Assembly: GCA_963745035.1 (NCBI GenBank) | Contig: CAVUVW010000016.1 | Coordinates: forward strand, 96,001 to 160,000 | From: an uncultured delta proteobacterium | Lineage (GTDB): Bacteria; Desulfobacterota; Binatia; UBA9968 | Length of the DNA: 64,000 nt | Direction of reading: 5' to 3' | In this document: in pieces, positions 28,845 to 38,872 of the stretch | Layout: each line of letters opens with the position of its first letter | Position numbering within the stretch: the stretch's first letter is position 1 | The notes under the pieces: generated by a model | Seen by the model: the letters and a program-made list of their open reading frames with translations, nothing else | The model's database searches: none | What the model was told of the DNA's origin: nothing | Translations under genes and position numbers: made by a program

Positions 28845-30131
28845 ATGATTTCCGCTGACGAAAACAACTTACTGACGCAAACCGGGCCAAAGACTCCTGC
28901 AGGCGAACTCTTGCGCCGCTATTGGCAGCCGGTGGCGCTCGCGGATGAGCTGCCGGCAGGCGGGCCGCCTCGAACGGTCAGGATCATGGGCGAGGAGTTG
29001 GTGCTGTTTCGCGACGATCAAGGCAGGCCGGGATTGCTCGGGCTGCACTGCTCGCATCGCGGCACCGATTTGAGCTACGGCCGGATCGAAGACGGCGGTT
29101 TGCGGTGTCTCTATCACGGTTGGCTGTACGATATTTCCGGCTGCGTGCTCGAACAGCCGGGTGAGCCTGGCGGCGGCGCCCATCGCGGCGAGGTCCGTCA
29201 TCGCGCGCATCCTTGCCGCGAGTCGGGCGGAATTATTTTTACCTACATGGGACCCGGTGAGCCGCCGTTGTTGCCGAATTACGAATTTCTCAACGTCCCG
29301 GTGAACCAGCGATGCGTAACCAAGGCCCTATACCGGTGCAACTATTTGCAGGGCAATGAAGGCAATATCGATCCGGTGCATCTGTCGTTCTTGCATCAGT
29401 ATCTCTCCGAGGCAAAGCCGCCGCTCCAGCGCGTTGTGCCCGGCAGCGAAGCAACCGACAATACACTGCTGAAAAAAGACATCGCGCCGACGATCGACAT
29501 CGAGCTCACCGACTTTGGCTTGCGCATTTATTCTTCCCGCGAAAGCGAGCCGGGTAAGTGCTATCTGCGGATTACTAACTTTGTCATGCCCAATCTGAGT
29601 GCTTTCGGCGGCTCCACCGTGGGTGAAGGCTATGCGGTGCATTGGCATGTGCCGATCGACGACGTTTCCCATTGGAAATACATCTTCATGTTCAGCCGCG
29701 AGCGGCCGCTCCCCGAGGAGTTGATTCAAAAGAACCGCGCGGACTTGACGCCCGACTACCAGTTGGCTCGCAAGGGCAGCAATCGCTACCAACAGGATCG
29801 CGATTCGATGGCGACGAAGAGCTTTACTGGCATGGGCTTCAACTTTCAGGCACACGACGCGTTTGCGACCGAGAGCCAGGGCGCGATCCAAGACCGTACC
29901 CAAGAGCACCTGGTCACGTCGGACAAGGCGATCGTCGGCGCGCGCAAGTTGCTGCTGAAGGCCATCGCGGATCTGGAAGAAGGACGCGACCCGCAGCATG
30001 TCGTGCGCAATCCCAAGTCGAACAGCTTTTTCCATCTGCAAGTTTTGTCCGAGGTCATTCCGGTCTCGGCGGATGTTCGGCAACACACCCGCGAGCGCAT
30101 CAAAGCGATCGAACAGCGGTACGGCCAATAA
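28845..30131 (+). CDS. Rieske non-heme iron oxygenase alpha subunit (phthalate 4,5-dioxygenase-like)
   Basis: CSHRG...CLYHGW Rieske site, EGNIDPVHLSFLH iron site, D..ATESQG.I.DRT.EHL..SD. Confidence 0.9.
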   Translation: MISADENNLLTQTGPKTPAGELLRRYWQPVALADELPAGGPPRTVRIMGEELVLFRDDQGRPGLLGLHCSHRGTDLSYGRIEDGGLRCLYHGWLYDISGCVLEQPGEPGGGAHRGEVRHRAHPCRESGGIIFTYMGPGEPPLLPNYEFLNVPVNQRCVTKALYRCNYLQGNEGNIDPVHLSFLHQYLSEAKPPLQRVVPGSEATDNTLLKKDIAPTIDIELTDFGLRIYSSRESEPGKCYLRITNFVMPNLSAFGGSTVGEGYAVHWHVPIDDVSHWKYIFMFSRERPLPEELIQKNRADLTPDYQLARKGSNRYQQDRDSMATKSFTGMGFNFQAHDAFATESQGAIQDRTQEHLVTSDKAIVGARKLLLKAIADLEEGRDPQHVVRNPKSNSFFHLQVLSEVIPVSADVRQHTRERIKAIEQRYGQ

Positions 30132-30168
30132 TTCCGCGCCAGGTTTATGGAAGAAAAAGAGGAGTAAA

Positions 30169-31146
30169 ATGATTCGGTATTTGTTTGTTCTAATCGCGTT
30201 AGTATTGGCCTATCCGACATATACCGCTGCGCAGGATCGCTATGTGATCGCCTATGCCGGCTTCGCCGGCTTTCAGTCACCGCTCTGGGCAACTAAGGAG
30301 CTCGGCTTTCTCAACAAGTACGGCGTCAGCGCCGATTTGGTGTTGACGCCCGGTTCGACACGCCAGATCCAAGCCTTGCTCGGCAATAGCGCGCACTTGG
30401 CTCAGGTCGACGCGGTCACTACCATCAACGCCATCGCTCAGGGTGCCGATCTGGTGATGATCTCGGGCTCGCTCAATACGTTTCCCTTCAGCTTCGTTGC
30501 GCAAAAAGAGATCCGCAAGCCCGAGGATCTCAACGGCAAGAAGATCGGTATCGTCGGGTTCGGCGGCGCCAATGAATTGGCGATCTTGCTCGCGCTCAAG
30601 GAGTGGAACGTGCCGCGCCAAAGCGTGACGATTCTTCAGGCCGGCGGTGCTTCGCAACGGCTGGTCGGCATGAGCGCCAAAGTGCTCGACGCCACCGTGC
30701 TCGCTCAGCCTGAGCTCGGCGAAGCGCAGCGCATGGGCATGAACGTGCTCGCGCACATGCGTGACATGAAGACCGCGGCGTTCCCGATGAACGCTATGGT
30801 GGTGCGCCGGTCTTTCTTGCAGCAACATCGCGATGCCGTGAAGCGCTACCAGCAAGCTTACGCAGAAGCGACCTATCAATTGCTCAACAGTAAGGAAAAA
30901 GCTACCGCGGTCCTAACCAAATGGCTCCAACAGAAAAACCCGAAGGCTATCGAGGAAACTTACCAGTACATCGCGACGAGTTTTTCGTTCCCGACGCGGA
31001 TCGCGCCGCAGGGTTTGCGCAACACCTTGGAGATGGTTTCGCAGAAAAATCCGAAGGTCGACACAAACCTGTCCAAATATCTAGATGAAAGCACGCTCGA
31101 TGAACTGGAAAAAGAGGGATTCTTTAGGCGGATCGCCGGTAAATGA
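30169..31146 (+). CDS. ABC substrate-binding protein, SsuA/NMT1 type
   Basis: RBS GAGGAG, signal peptide, PLWATKELGFLNKYG, C-terminal EGFFRRIAGK. Confidence 0.85.
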   Translation: MIRYLFVLIALVLAYPTYTAAQDRYVIAYAGFAGFQSPLWATKELGFLNKYGVSADLVLTPGSTRQIQALLGNSAHLAQVDAVTTINAIAQGADLVMISGSLNTFPFSFVAQKEIRKPEDLNGKKIGIVGFGGANELAILLALKEWNVPRQSVTILQAGGASQRLVGMSAKVLDATVLAQPELGEAQRMGMNVLAHMRDMKTAAFPMNAMVVRRSFLQQHRDAVKRYQQAYAEATYQLLNSKEKATAVLTKWLQQKNPKAIEETYQYIATSFSFPTRIAPQGLRNTLEMVSQKNPKVDTNLSKYLDESTLDELEKEGFFRRIAGK

Positions 31147-31150
31147 TTTG

Positions 31151-31255
31151 CGTTCAAGACGTTCAAGCAGTTCAACCGCTGCGCTCCGTTCAAGCTCCCT
31201 CCTGTTCAAGCCGGGGATCATTTGAACGTTTTGAACGATTGGAACGTTTTGAACC
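31151..31255. repeat. composite 9-bp GTTCAA inverted array containing an IS481-end-like core
   Basis: gttcaa at 31152, 31161, 31170, 31188; core cctcctgttcaagccggggatcattt; ttgaac at 31222, 31231, 31249. Confidence 0.75.
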
Positions 31256-31276
31256 AAGCCGACTAAAGGGAGGCCT

Positions 31277-32104
31277 ATGTTAACCCGGATTCAACATTTT
31301 GCCATCGTCAGTGAAAACTTCGTCCGCGAAGCCAAGTTCCACGAATCCGTATTCGGCATGACGCGATCGAAGCCGGGCTCCGAAGAGGAGCAGAAGGCGA
31401 TCCGCACCAATTACGCGGTCAGCATCAGCGACGGCTACGTCGGCGTCACCATGATCGGCAGGAAGCCGGGTTACATTCCGGGGCTGCACCACTTCGGCGT
31501 CGATGTCGACGACGTCGACGAAGCGATCGCGCGCATTAAAAAGAACTATCCTGAAGTTGCGGTGCTCAAGCGGCCGTCGAACCGGCCATTTGCAACCTAC
31601 GGCGCGCACGACCCCGAAGGCAACTATTTCGATCTGACCCAGGAGGGCATGTCGAACCGGCGCGACGTTTATGTCGAGCGGCAACGCGAGCATCCCCGGC
31701 GCGTTCACCACCTCAAGTTGCGCGTCATGAACGCTCCCGCCATCGCGGCGTTTTACCGGGACATGTTGGATTTGCGCGAAGCCGACAAGGCGCTGGAGGA
31801 TCCCAATTTTTATCTCACGGACGGCAGGATGACCTTGATCATTGCGCCGTGGAAGATGAGCGACTTTGAGGGCGCGGGCATCGACCGGCCCGGCCTGGAG
31901 CACGTCGGCTTTCAAGTCGAGAGCGTGGAGGCCGTCAAGAAAGAGCTGGCCGCGTTGCGCGAAGCCGACTCGGAAATGCGCGAGCGCATCATCGCCGAGC
32001 CGAGCGAGGGAGAGCGCAGGGTTGCGCTGATCGCGTCGTGCCGCCACGGCCGGCACCAGATTTCCAGCCCTGACGGCATCTTCGTCGATCTCACCGAAGA
32101 ATAG
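31277..32104 (+). CDS. VOC/glyoxalase-family protein, two domains
   Basis: IQHFAI, GLHHFGVDVDD, HDPEGNYFDL, VHHLKL, GLEHVGFQVES. Confidence 0.85.
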   Translation: MLTRIQHFAIVSENFVREAKFHESVFGMTRSKPGSEEEQKAIRTNYAVSISDGYVGVTMIGRKPGYIPGLHHFGVDVDDVDEAIARIKKNYPEVAVLKRPSNRPFATYGAHDPEGNYFDLTQEGMSNRRDVYVERQREHPRRVHHLKLRVMNAPAIAAFYRDMLDLREADKALEDPNFYLTDGRMTLIIAPWKMSDFEGAGIDRPGLEHVGFQVESVEAVKKELAALREADSEMRERIIAEPSEGERRVALIASCRHGRHQISSPDGIFVDLTEE

Positions 32105-32222
32105 CAATCCGCTCGGCTTGGCGCCGAGCGTCGTTCCGAGCCCGCTCGCTGCCCATCCAGGCGCATAGTTTGAGGCCCGCGATGCGCCGGTATTCATTGC
32201 CTTCGATCGCCACACTTTTTCA

Positions 32223-32252
32223 TTGCGCCGATCTCAGCCGGGCGCATATACT
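32223..32252 (+). promoter_or_regulatory. putative sigma70 promoter
   Basis: TTGCGC-N18-TATACT about 30 bp upstream of GTG 32282. Confidence 0.35.
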
Positions 32253-32281
32253 TATGCGAATTTTCGCGGCGGAGGGAGATC

Positions 32282-33110
32282 GTGGGATTTTCACTCTTGT
32301 GCTGGAACATCGAAAAATTCAATGACAGCAAGCCGGAACGAATTCAGGCCGTCGCCGACGCCATCCGCGCCCACGATCCCGACGTCATAGGCATTCTCGA
32401 GTTTCTTGCCAAGGACGCTGCGCGCCGCCTGGTGCGGGATTTTTTCCCCGACTACGACTTCGCGTTTACCGATTCGAAGATGGCGATCGAAATCCTGGTC
32501 GGCTGGCGCCGCGGCAGGTTCGCACAGGTGCTTTATACGCAACGGCGCGAGCTCCAGGCAGGAAGCGAGAATCTTCGGCCCGGCGGACTTTTGTGCGTCA
32601 GGCAGAAAAACTCCCAGCAGTTTAACAACATGCTTTTTCTGCACACCGACAGCGGCGTCACGGCGAAGGAATACAAAACCCGGCGCACGATGTTCGGGAA
32701 AATCTTCAGTCTCAACAAGGTGCTCCAAACGCTGCACGAGCAGGAAGGCAAATCGCGCTTCATCGCGCTCGGCGATCTCAACACCATGGGCCGTGTGAAA
32801 GCTCCCCGAGTGACGCCGGTCACCGAGACCGAGGAAATCGCGCAGCTTGTGATTGCCGCCGGCGAAGCCAATATGCAACTACTCGAGAAGTCCGCGCCCA
32901 AGACCTGGAGCAGCCCGACCGGATCGAAAAAAGGCAATCTCGATCATGTCGCTCGCGAGCAAGGATCTGGCATTCAAAACTCAAGAAACCGTCGACGGAC
33001 AGCCGGTCAAAGTCCTGGTCGACGGCTGGGTCAACAAGACGGGCAACGCTCGGCGTTCGTTCATCGAGAATATTTCGGACCACTCGATGCTGTTTGTAGA
33101 AATCGTATAA
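32282..33110 (+). CDS. endonuclease/exonuclease/phosphatase (EEP) family protein, frameshift near 32950
   Basis: WNIEKF, DPDVIGILE, HTDS, LGDLNTMG, LDHV; the terminal SDH motif is in ORF 32853..33110. Confidence 0.8.
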
Positions 33111-33284
33111 GCGAGCGTGAAATGGAGTGCGGAGCGGCGAAGAGACGCGCGCTATTTTCTTGAAGTATTCAGAAAGTCGCCGATCGATCGACTGCCCGGC
33201 GAGCGGCGTTGCGATGCTCGAGGTTTCTCTGAGTTGACCGACCGGGCCGCGCTTCAGAGAGCGTTGCAGCCAGGCGCGCAGGTT

Positions 33285-34115
33285 TTACGCCTGCATCCAC
33301 GTGACTTCGTAAACCCTGATGGCCTGATCGAAGCCTTTCAATGTCACTTCTCCTAAGTCCGCTAACGGCGACTGTGTATCCGACCATTGGTTTTGCACTA
33401 CCTGATCAACCAGTATCCGGGTGGGTTCCGCGTGCGCGCAAAGCCGGGCCGCCAATTGGACTGTCTGGCCAAAAAGGTCGCCATGTTCCTCAATAGGCTC
33501 ACCGGCGCTCAGACCAATGCGCAAAAACAGCGGCGTTTCCGAGTGTTCCTGATTATATGCGGCAAACGCCTTCTGGATCGTGATCGCACACTCCACCGCG
33601 TCCGGGACCGAGGCAAAGGAAGCCATGATTCCATCGCCCGTGTGCTTGATCTCACGCCCGCGATGCGCGTTCAGAGAATTCCGCGTCAGAGCATTGTGCA
33701 CATGAAGCAAATGTAGAGCCTTGGCGTCGCCATACAGCGTGGTCATCAAGGTCGAATCTTTCAGATCTGTGAACATGATGGCGCGGAACCCCGAATCGAT
33801 AGGAATCTCTTCTGATTTTGCTGGAGACGCTGGCGGCGGATCCTTGATCCTGCCCAAAAACGCATCCACCACGGCGGGATCGACCTCAAGAACTTCGTTG
33901 GGAATTGAGCCGTGAGCTTCGTCGTGAGCGTGCTCAATAGCTTGTCGGTTCGGTGCCTCGACGAGGCAAAACGCGGTAGAGCGCATCTCATCGAACCAAT
34001 AGGTCAGAAACTTGACCTGATATCTATCCTGCAGCGCCAGATCCTTCTGGTGCGCATCTGCGATGGCGTGTCGAGTGGCGCCTTCAATGTAATGGCGATC
34101 CATGTAGACGGGCAT
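33285..34115 (-). CDS. class III adenylate/guanylate cyclase with N-terminal DUF4242/SCO4226-like domain
   Basis: YMDRH...AH.KD...YWFDE...FCLVEAP...H.EAHG, then FTDLKDST, EIKHTGDG, DLFGQTVQLAARL. Confidence 0.85.
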   Translation of the reverse strand: MPVYMDRHYIEGATRHAIADAHQKDLALQDRYQVKFLTYWFDEMRSTAFCLVEAPNRQAIEHAHDEAHGSIPNEVLEVDPAVVDAFLGRIKDPPPASPAKSEEIPIDSGFRAIMFTDLKDSTLMTTLYGDAKALHLLHVHNALTRNSLNAHRGREIKHTGDGIMASFASVPDAVECAITIQKAFAAYNQEHSETPLFLRIGLSAGEPIEEHGDLFGQTVQLAARLCAHAEPTRILVDQVVQNQWSDTQSPLADLGEVTLKGFDQAIRVYEVTWMQA

Positions 34116-34164
34116 TTTTTATTCTCTTTCGTTAAAGAGCGCGACACGAAGTCACAAACATGTT

Positions 34165-35274
34165 TCACTTAGTTTCAAATGGTATCCCTGTCGTTCGCGA
34201 TATATCCAGTAAATCATCGACTACGGGCTGCAACAACGGAATGCCTTCTTTGCTGCGGATGGCTTCCGCTGCGCGCTCCGGGTCGCCGGGGATGAGGGGG
34301 CCGTTGGTTCCGGGCGCGGGTTTGGTGTTGCGAAAAACGTGAATCCATTCGTCAATTTGTTTCTTGAATTCGTCTTTGTCGATGAACCCGTCGATTTGCA
34401 GGGCGCCGAAGAAGTGGCCGATGCCTTTGCCGACGCTGCGCTCGGGGATTTCCTGTCTGAGCGCGAAGGGCGGCGCAAAGGGTCCCCAGTTGGCGCCGCT
34501 TAGCACGCAGCAGAGAATGTCCACCATCGATGCCAAACCGTAACCCTTGTGGCCGCCCATCTCGTACTCTGAGCCGAGCGGCAATTGCGCGCCGCCGTCG
34601 ATCATATCTTGCGGATTGGTGGTGTCACGGCCTTCTTTGTCGACGATCCAGCCTTTGGGAACCGGTGCTTTTTTGCGCAGCGCGATTTCGATTTTGCCGT
34701 AGGCGACGGCGCTGGTCGCCATGTCGATCACGATCGGCGGCTCCTTGTAACCGGGAAACGCGATGGCGATAGGATTGGTTCCGAGCATTCGCTCGGCGCC
34801 CCAGAGCGGTACCACGAGTTTGGTTGTATTCGTCATCGCCCAGCCGATGAGATCTCTTTCGAGCGCTTGCAAGGGATAATAGCCGGCGATGCCGAAATGG
34901 TTGGTATTGCACACGCTCACCCAGCCCGAGCCATGCTGCTCGGCCTTGTCCATAGCGATTTCGTTGGCTTTGGGCCCGACGACTAGACCCAGACCGTTGT
35001 CGCCGTCGACAGTAGCGACGCTCGACTTTTCGCGGATAGTTTTGACTTTCGGCTTCGGATTGATGCGTCCCAGTTCCAACATCTCGAAATAAGTGTGGAG
35101 CCGCGCGACGCCGTGGGAGTCTATGCCGCGCAGATCGCTTTTCAGTAAAACATCGGCCGCGAGCTTGGCGTCACCGTCCGGAACGTCAAAGTGCCGGAAT
35201 ACCGCGGTCGTGAACTGACGCAGATGTTCAACGGGAAAAATAGCGGACGATGCTTCGCCGACGGCTTCGCTCAT
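34165..35274 (-). CDS. Ldh_2-family (malate/L-lactate/sulfolactate/ureidoglycolate) dehydrogenase
   Basis: DLRGIDSHG, VDGDNGLG, NHFGIAG, GTNPIA, DMATS, HKGYGL. Confidence 0.9.
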   Translation of the reverse strand: MSEAVGEASSAIFPVEHLRQFTTAVFRHFDVPDGDAKLAADVLLKSDLRGIDSHGVARLHTYFEMLELGRINPKPKVKTIREKSSVATVDGDNGLGLVVGPKANEIAMDKAEQHGSGWVSVCNTNHFGIAGYYPLQALERDLIGWAMTNTTKLVVPLWGAERMLGTNPIAIAFPGYKEPPIVIDMATSAVAYGKIEIALRKKAPVPKGWIVDKEGRDTTNPQDMIDGGAQLPLGSEYEMGGHKGYGLASMVDILCCVLSGANWGPFAPPFALRQEIPERSVGKGIGHFFGALQIDGFIDKDEFKKQIDEWIHVFRNTKPAPGTNGPLIPGDPERAAEAIRSKEGIPLLQPVVDDLLDISRTTGIPFETK

Positions 35275-35289
35275 TTCGAAGTCACCTAA

Positions 35290-36345
35290 CTACGGGGCGG
35301 GAGGGGTTGTCAACGCGTCCGCGGCTGTATTCGGCAGCAGAAACTGCAACAGCAAGGTTTGCTGAAAAGCATTGTAATTGTCGTCGGAAACCATGAAGAT
35401 CGTCGTTCCCTTGGGCGACTGCTGAACGGCGATCCCTTCGAAATTTTCCACCGCAAGGGGCTGCTGCAATCGCAGTAATTCCTTGCCGACGATTTTGACC
35501 CCCGGCTTAAGGCTGCTCGCCGGGACCAGAGTCACTCGCGTGGAGAGGATACCAAACAGCACATAGCGGCGCTCCAGAACCAGGAGATCGCCGTCGTCGA
35601 GCACGGCACAATCGGTGACGCGAAAACCGTCGGCGGGAAGATAAGACAGCTCGGCCCACTGGCCGTTGTCCATGAGCCAGCCTCTGGCGCTTCCATCGGA
35701 ATTTTTGAAGTTTTCGGTCAAGGCGAGCAGCCGGCCGTCGGGAAGCTCCGCGAGCGCTTCGATGCCGCCGTTGCGCGGCGCGCGCGCGGCGGTCGGCGGG
35801 ATCGGCTCGGCTCTGGGAATGGATTGAAAGGTCGCCGGCGGCGGGGAATAACGCCAGATCCGGTGCGCGCCTTCGAAGCCGACCAGGAAGGAGCCATCTT
35901 TTGCGCGCGCCAGAGCCTCGGCGTCCCGCAAACTTCCGCTCACCGGCCTTTTCGTCGGCGCCAGCATCGGCGCAATCCGCCAGTCGGTAAGACTCGACAG
36001 GGCGCCGTCTGAATCCATCGACATAGTCGCCGACAGCCAGTAGCCGCGATCGGAAATCGCGTAAAGTTTGCCGTCGGCTCCGACCGATAGACCCGAAAGA
36101 CCGCCGAAGCGATGATCCTTGGAGCGCAAATGAAAAGCGCTCAGGAGGCGAAGCGCGCCGAAGCTTTTGCGCTCAGGACGTTGGGAATCAACTTCGATGG
36201 GCTCCAATATTACCGATAGATCATCCGCACTCCTTGGCTGAGCTGCCGCGGAATAAGACAAAAAAATTGACGACACCGTCGCGGCGGTGAGCAGGCACAC
36301 AAAGCCGTGTACGGGGTTTTTCGGCATGATTGGGAAGAATCGCAT
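35290..36345 (-). CDS. esterase-like activity of phytase family protein (secreted beta-propeller)
   Basis: FGGLSGL, ISDRG, DAEAL, NGGIEAL, NFEGI, VSDDN.N..Q.TLL. Confidence 0.8.
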   Translation of the reverse strand: MRFFPIMPKNPVHGFVCLLTAATVSSIFLSYSAAAQPRSADDLSVILEPIEVDSQRPERKSFGALRLLSAFHLRSKDHRFGGLSGLSVGADGKLYAISDRGYWLSATMSMDSDGALSSLTDWRIAPMLAPTKRPVSGSLRDAEALARAKDGSFLVGFEGAHRIWRYSPPPATFQSIPRAEPIPPTAARAPRNGGIEALAELPDGRLLALTENFKNSDGSARGWLMDNGQWAELSYLPADGFRVTDCAVLDDGDLLVLERRYVLFGILSTRVTLVPASSLKPGVKIVGKELLRLQQPLAVENFEGIAVQQSPKGTTIFMVSDDNYNAFQQTLLLQFLLPNTAADALTTPPAP

Positions 36346-36607
36346 CGAACGTGTTGATGCTCAAGCGCGCGAGATCCGGCGCTGGTTCAAGTTTTCTCGG
36401 GCGCAGAAACATTCCCGATTTGTGAGGCTGTTTCAGAATGTCATTCCGGGCCTCATACGCTCAGCGCAACTCTGCTAGAAATCTTTCGTTCGCGGTATCA
36501 GGACCCGATGCGGTCTAACTTGACAGGCAGGTGAGCGCGTTATACGGGAGGGATGTCTTTGACGGCAACTTTCTATTCGAAGGGCATACACCTGAAATCA
36601 CCGCCCA

Positions 36608-38872
36608 TTGAAACGAGGTGCTGAGTTGAGCTCAAGCGCACGCGATTTCTCCGTGGTTGGAACCTCCGTTCGGCGCGTCGACGGCGGTGACAAAGTCACT
36701 GGCCGGGCGAAGTATGCCGGCGATTTGCTCATACCCGGGATGATCGAAGGAAAGTTTCTGCGCAGTCCCTACGCCCACGCGCGCATCCACGCGATCGACA
36801 CCCGCGAGGCCGAGTCTCTGCCCGGCGTTGTGGCCGTTCTCACCAGAGAAGATTTCACCGAGATCAGTCCCTATATCGGCCGAGGTAAAAACAAGGATCA
36901 GCCGATCATTGCGCTCGAGCGCGCCATCTACGCCGGCCAGCCCGTGGCGGCGGTTGCGGCCCTCGACCGAGCCACGGCCGAAGAAGCGCTGAATAAGATT
37001 CACGTCGACTACGAGGAACTGCCGGCGGTTATCCATGTTGACGAGGCCATCGCGGACGGCGCGCCGCGGCTGCACGATTTCGCCGAGCGAAACATCTGCG
37101 CTACGGCCGAGTTGGTCAAGGGCGATGTCGAGAAAGGATTCGCGCAAGCCGACGAGATCTTCGAAGACAGCTTCGAATTTCCCATGATCTATCACTACTC
37201 GATGGAGCCGCACACGGCGATCGCACAGGTCGATAGCGACGGCATCCAAATCTGGACCTCGACGGGGCATCCCTTCGGCGTGCGCCAGGAGGTCGCCGAA
37301 ATCTTTCATGTGCCGCTCTCCAAGGTGCGCGTGCAAGTGAACTTTGTCGGCGGCGCTTACGGCAGCAAGTCCGGGGGAAAGATCGAACCGCTGGTGGCCG
37401 CGCTGGCGCGCAAAGCACAAGAGCGGCCCGTGCGCGTCGTGCAGACTTTCTCCGAGGCGATGGCGACCTGCCGGCGCCACGCGATCCAATGCAAGCTCAA
37501 GACGGGCGTCAAGAAGGACGGTACGTTGGTGGCCAAGCAGGCCGAAATCTATCTCAACACCGGCGCCTACGCCGAGACCGGTCCAATCGTCACCGGCCGA
37601 ACGTTGACGCGCATCCTCGGCCCGTATCGTTACCCCAACCTCAAAATCAATTCCTACTGCGTTTACACCAACACGGTTTCCGCCGCCTCGTTTCGGTCGA
37701 TCGGCGGGCCGCAGACCGCCTGGGCGACGGAATCGCAGATGGACATCATCGCGCAGAAGCTCGGCATGGACCCGGTCGAGCTGCGTCGAAAAAATTTGGT
37801 CAACAAAGGCGAAGAGATCCGGCCGAAGTACAAACCGCTCGATGCCGATCTCGCCAAGGGATTCAAGCTCGTGGTCGACAAACTCGGTTGGGACGGACCG
37901 ACTTCGCGCCAGGGGCATGGGCGCGGCGTCGGCTTCGGCACCACCGATCCCGGCGCGCCGCTCGCCTCGACTTCGACGGTTCACGTTCTCTCGGACGGGA
38001 GCGTGGTTTTCTTGTGCGGCACCGTGGAGCTCGGCCAGGGCGCGAAAACGATCATGAGCCAGATCGTCGCCGAGGAATTGCGCGTGCCGCTCGAGCGGGT
38101 GACGATCCGGCCCATCGACACGGCGTTCACGCCGTTCGATCGCTCGACGGGATCGAGCCGCTCGACGACGGTAATGGGAAAGGCCGTCGAGCTGGCGGGA
38201 AGCGACGCGCGCCGGCAGATCGTCGAGCTGGCCGCCGAGCATTTCGAATGTCCCGAAGAGGCAATCACTTTGAAGAACGGCGAAGCGATCGCCGGCGGCA
38301 AGCGCATTACTTACGGCGAGCTGATTCACAAGCACTTTGCGATGCAGGGCGGCGAGCTGGTTGGGACCGGCTACGCCCACAGCGGTATGGCGCCAACGCC
38401 TGCGAATCCGCTCTTCTGGGAGATCGGCATCGGTGCGGTGGAAGTCTCGGTGGACCGGGAAACCGGCAAGGTGCGCGTGGAAAAGTATGTGACGGCGGCC
38501 GATGCCGGTAAGGCGCTCCATCCAATCCAGTGCGAAGGACAGGACGAAGGCTCGGCGATGATGGGGTTCGGCCATACGTTCTATGAGACCTACCATTTTG
38601 ACGGCGGGCAAATCATCAATTCAACTTTGATCGATTACAAAGTGCCGACATTCGACGACGTGCCGGAAGAATTCGAATCAATTTTGATCGAGGATGGCAA
38701 CGGTCCCGGACCGTATGGATCCAAGGGGTTGGGGGAGGGCGGCATTATTCCGGTCGCGCCCGCGGTGGCCAATGCGGTCGCTTGGAGCACTGGCGCGCGG
38801 GTCAAGTCGCTGCCTTTAACGCCGGAGAAAGTTTGGCGCGCTCTCAAGGAGGTTTCCGATGAAACCAAATAG
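36608..38872 (+). CDS. xanthine dehydrogenase family molybdopterin-binding (large) subunit
   Basis: KVTGRAKYAGD, LRSPYAHA, MEPH, GGAYGSK, ELGQG, SSRST, SKGLGE (catalytic Glu). TTG start uncertain. Confidence 0.92.
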   Translation: MKRGAELSSSARDFSVVGTSVRRVDGGDKVTGRAKYAGDLLIPGMIEGKFLRSPYAHARIHAIDTREAESLPGVVAVLTREDFTEISPYIGRGKNKDQPIIALERAIYAGQPVAAVAALDRATAEEALNKIHVDYEELPAVIHVDEAIADGAPRLHDFAERNICATAELVKGDVEKGFAQADEIFEDSFEFPMIYHYSMEPHTAIAQVDSDGIQIWTSTGHPFGVRQEVAEIFHVPLSKVRVQVNFVGGAYGSKSGGKIEPLVAALARKAQERPVRVVQTFSEAMATCRRHAIQCKLKTGVKKDGTLVAKQAEIYLNTGAYAETGPIVTGRTLTRILGPYRYPNLKINSYCVYTNTVSAASFRSIGGPQTAWATESQMDIIAQKLGMDPVELRRKNLVNKGEEIRPKYKPLDADLAKGFKLVVDKLGWDGPTSRQGHGRGVGFGTTDPGAPLASTSTVHVLSDGSVVFLCGTVELGQGAKTIMSQIVAEELRVPLERVTIRPIDTAFTPFDRSTGSSRSTTVMGKAVELAGSDARRQIVELAAEHFECPEEAITLKNGEAIAGGKRITYGELIHKHFAMQGGELVGTGYAHSGMAPTPANPLFWEIGIGAVEVSVDRETGKVRVEKYVTAADAGKALHPIQCEGQDEGSAMMGFGHTFYETYHFDGGQIINSTLIDYKVPTFDDVPEEFESILIEDGNGPGPYGSKGLGEGGIIPVAPAVANAVAWSTGARVKSLPLTPEKVWRALKEVSDETK

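Noticed and set aside
31151-31255. GTTCAA arrays as a CRISPR array
   Set aside because: The period is only 9 bp, there are no 30-40 bp unique spacers and there are no cas genes.
36553-36624. 23-aa ORF upstream of the Mo-hydroxylase as a leader peptide
   Set aside because: The purine-rich tract directly abuts the ATG, and there is no attenuator structure or biased codon run.
36632-38611. 659-aa minus-strand ORF, and other long antisense ORFs such as 38877..39998, 23203..24255 and 22012..22872
   Set aside because: These are shadow frames of well-supported genes in GC-rich DNA, with no recognisable motifs.
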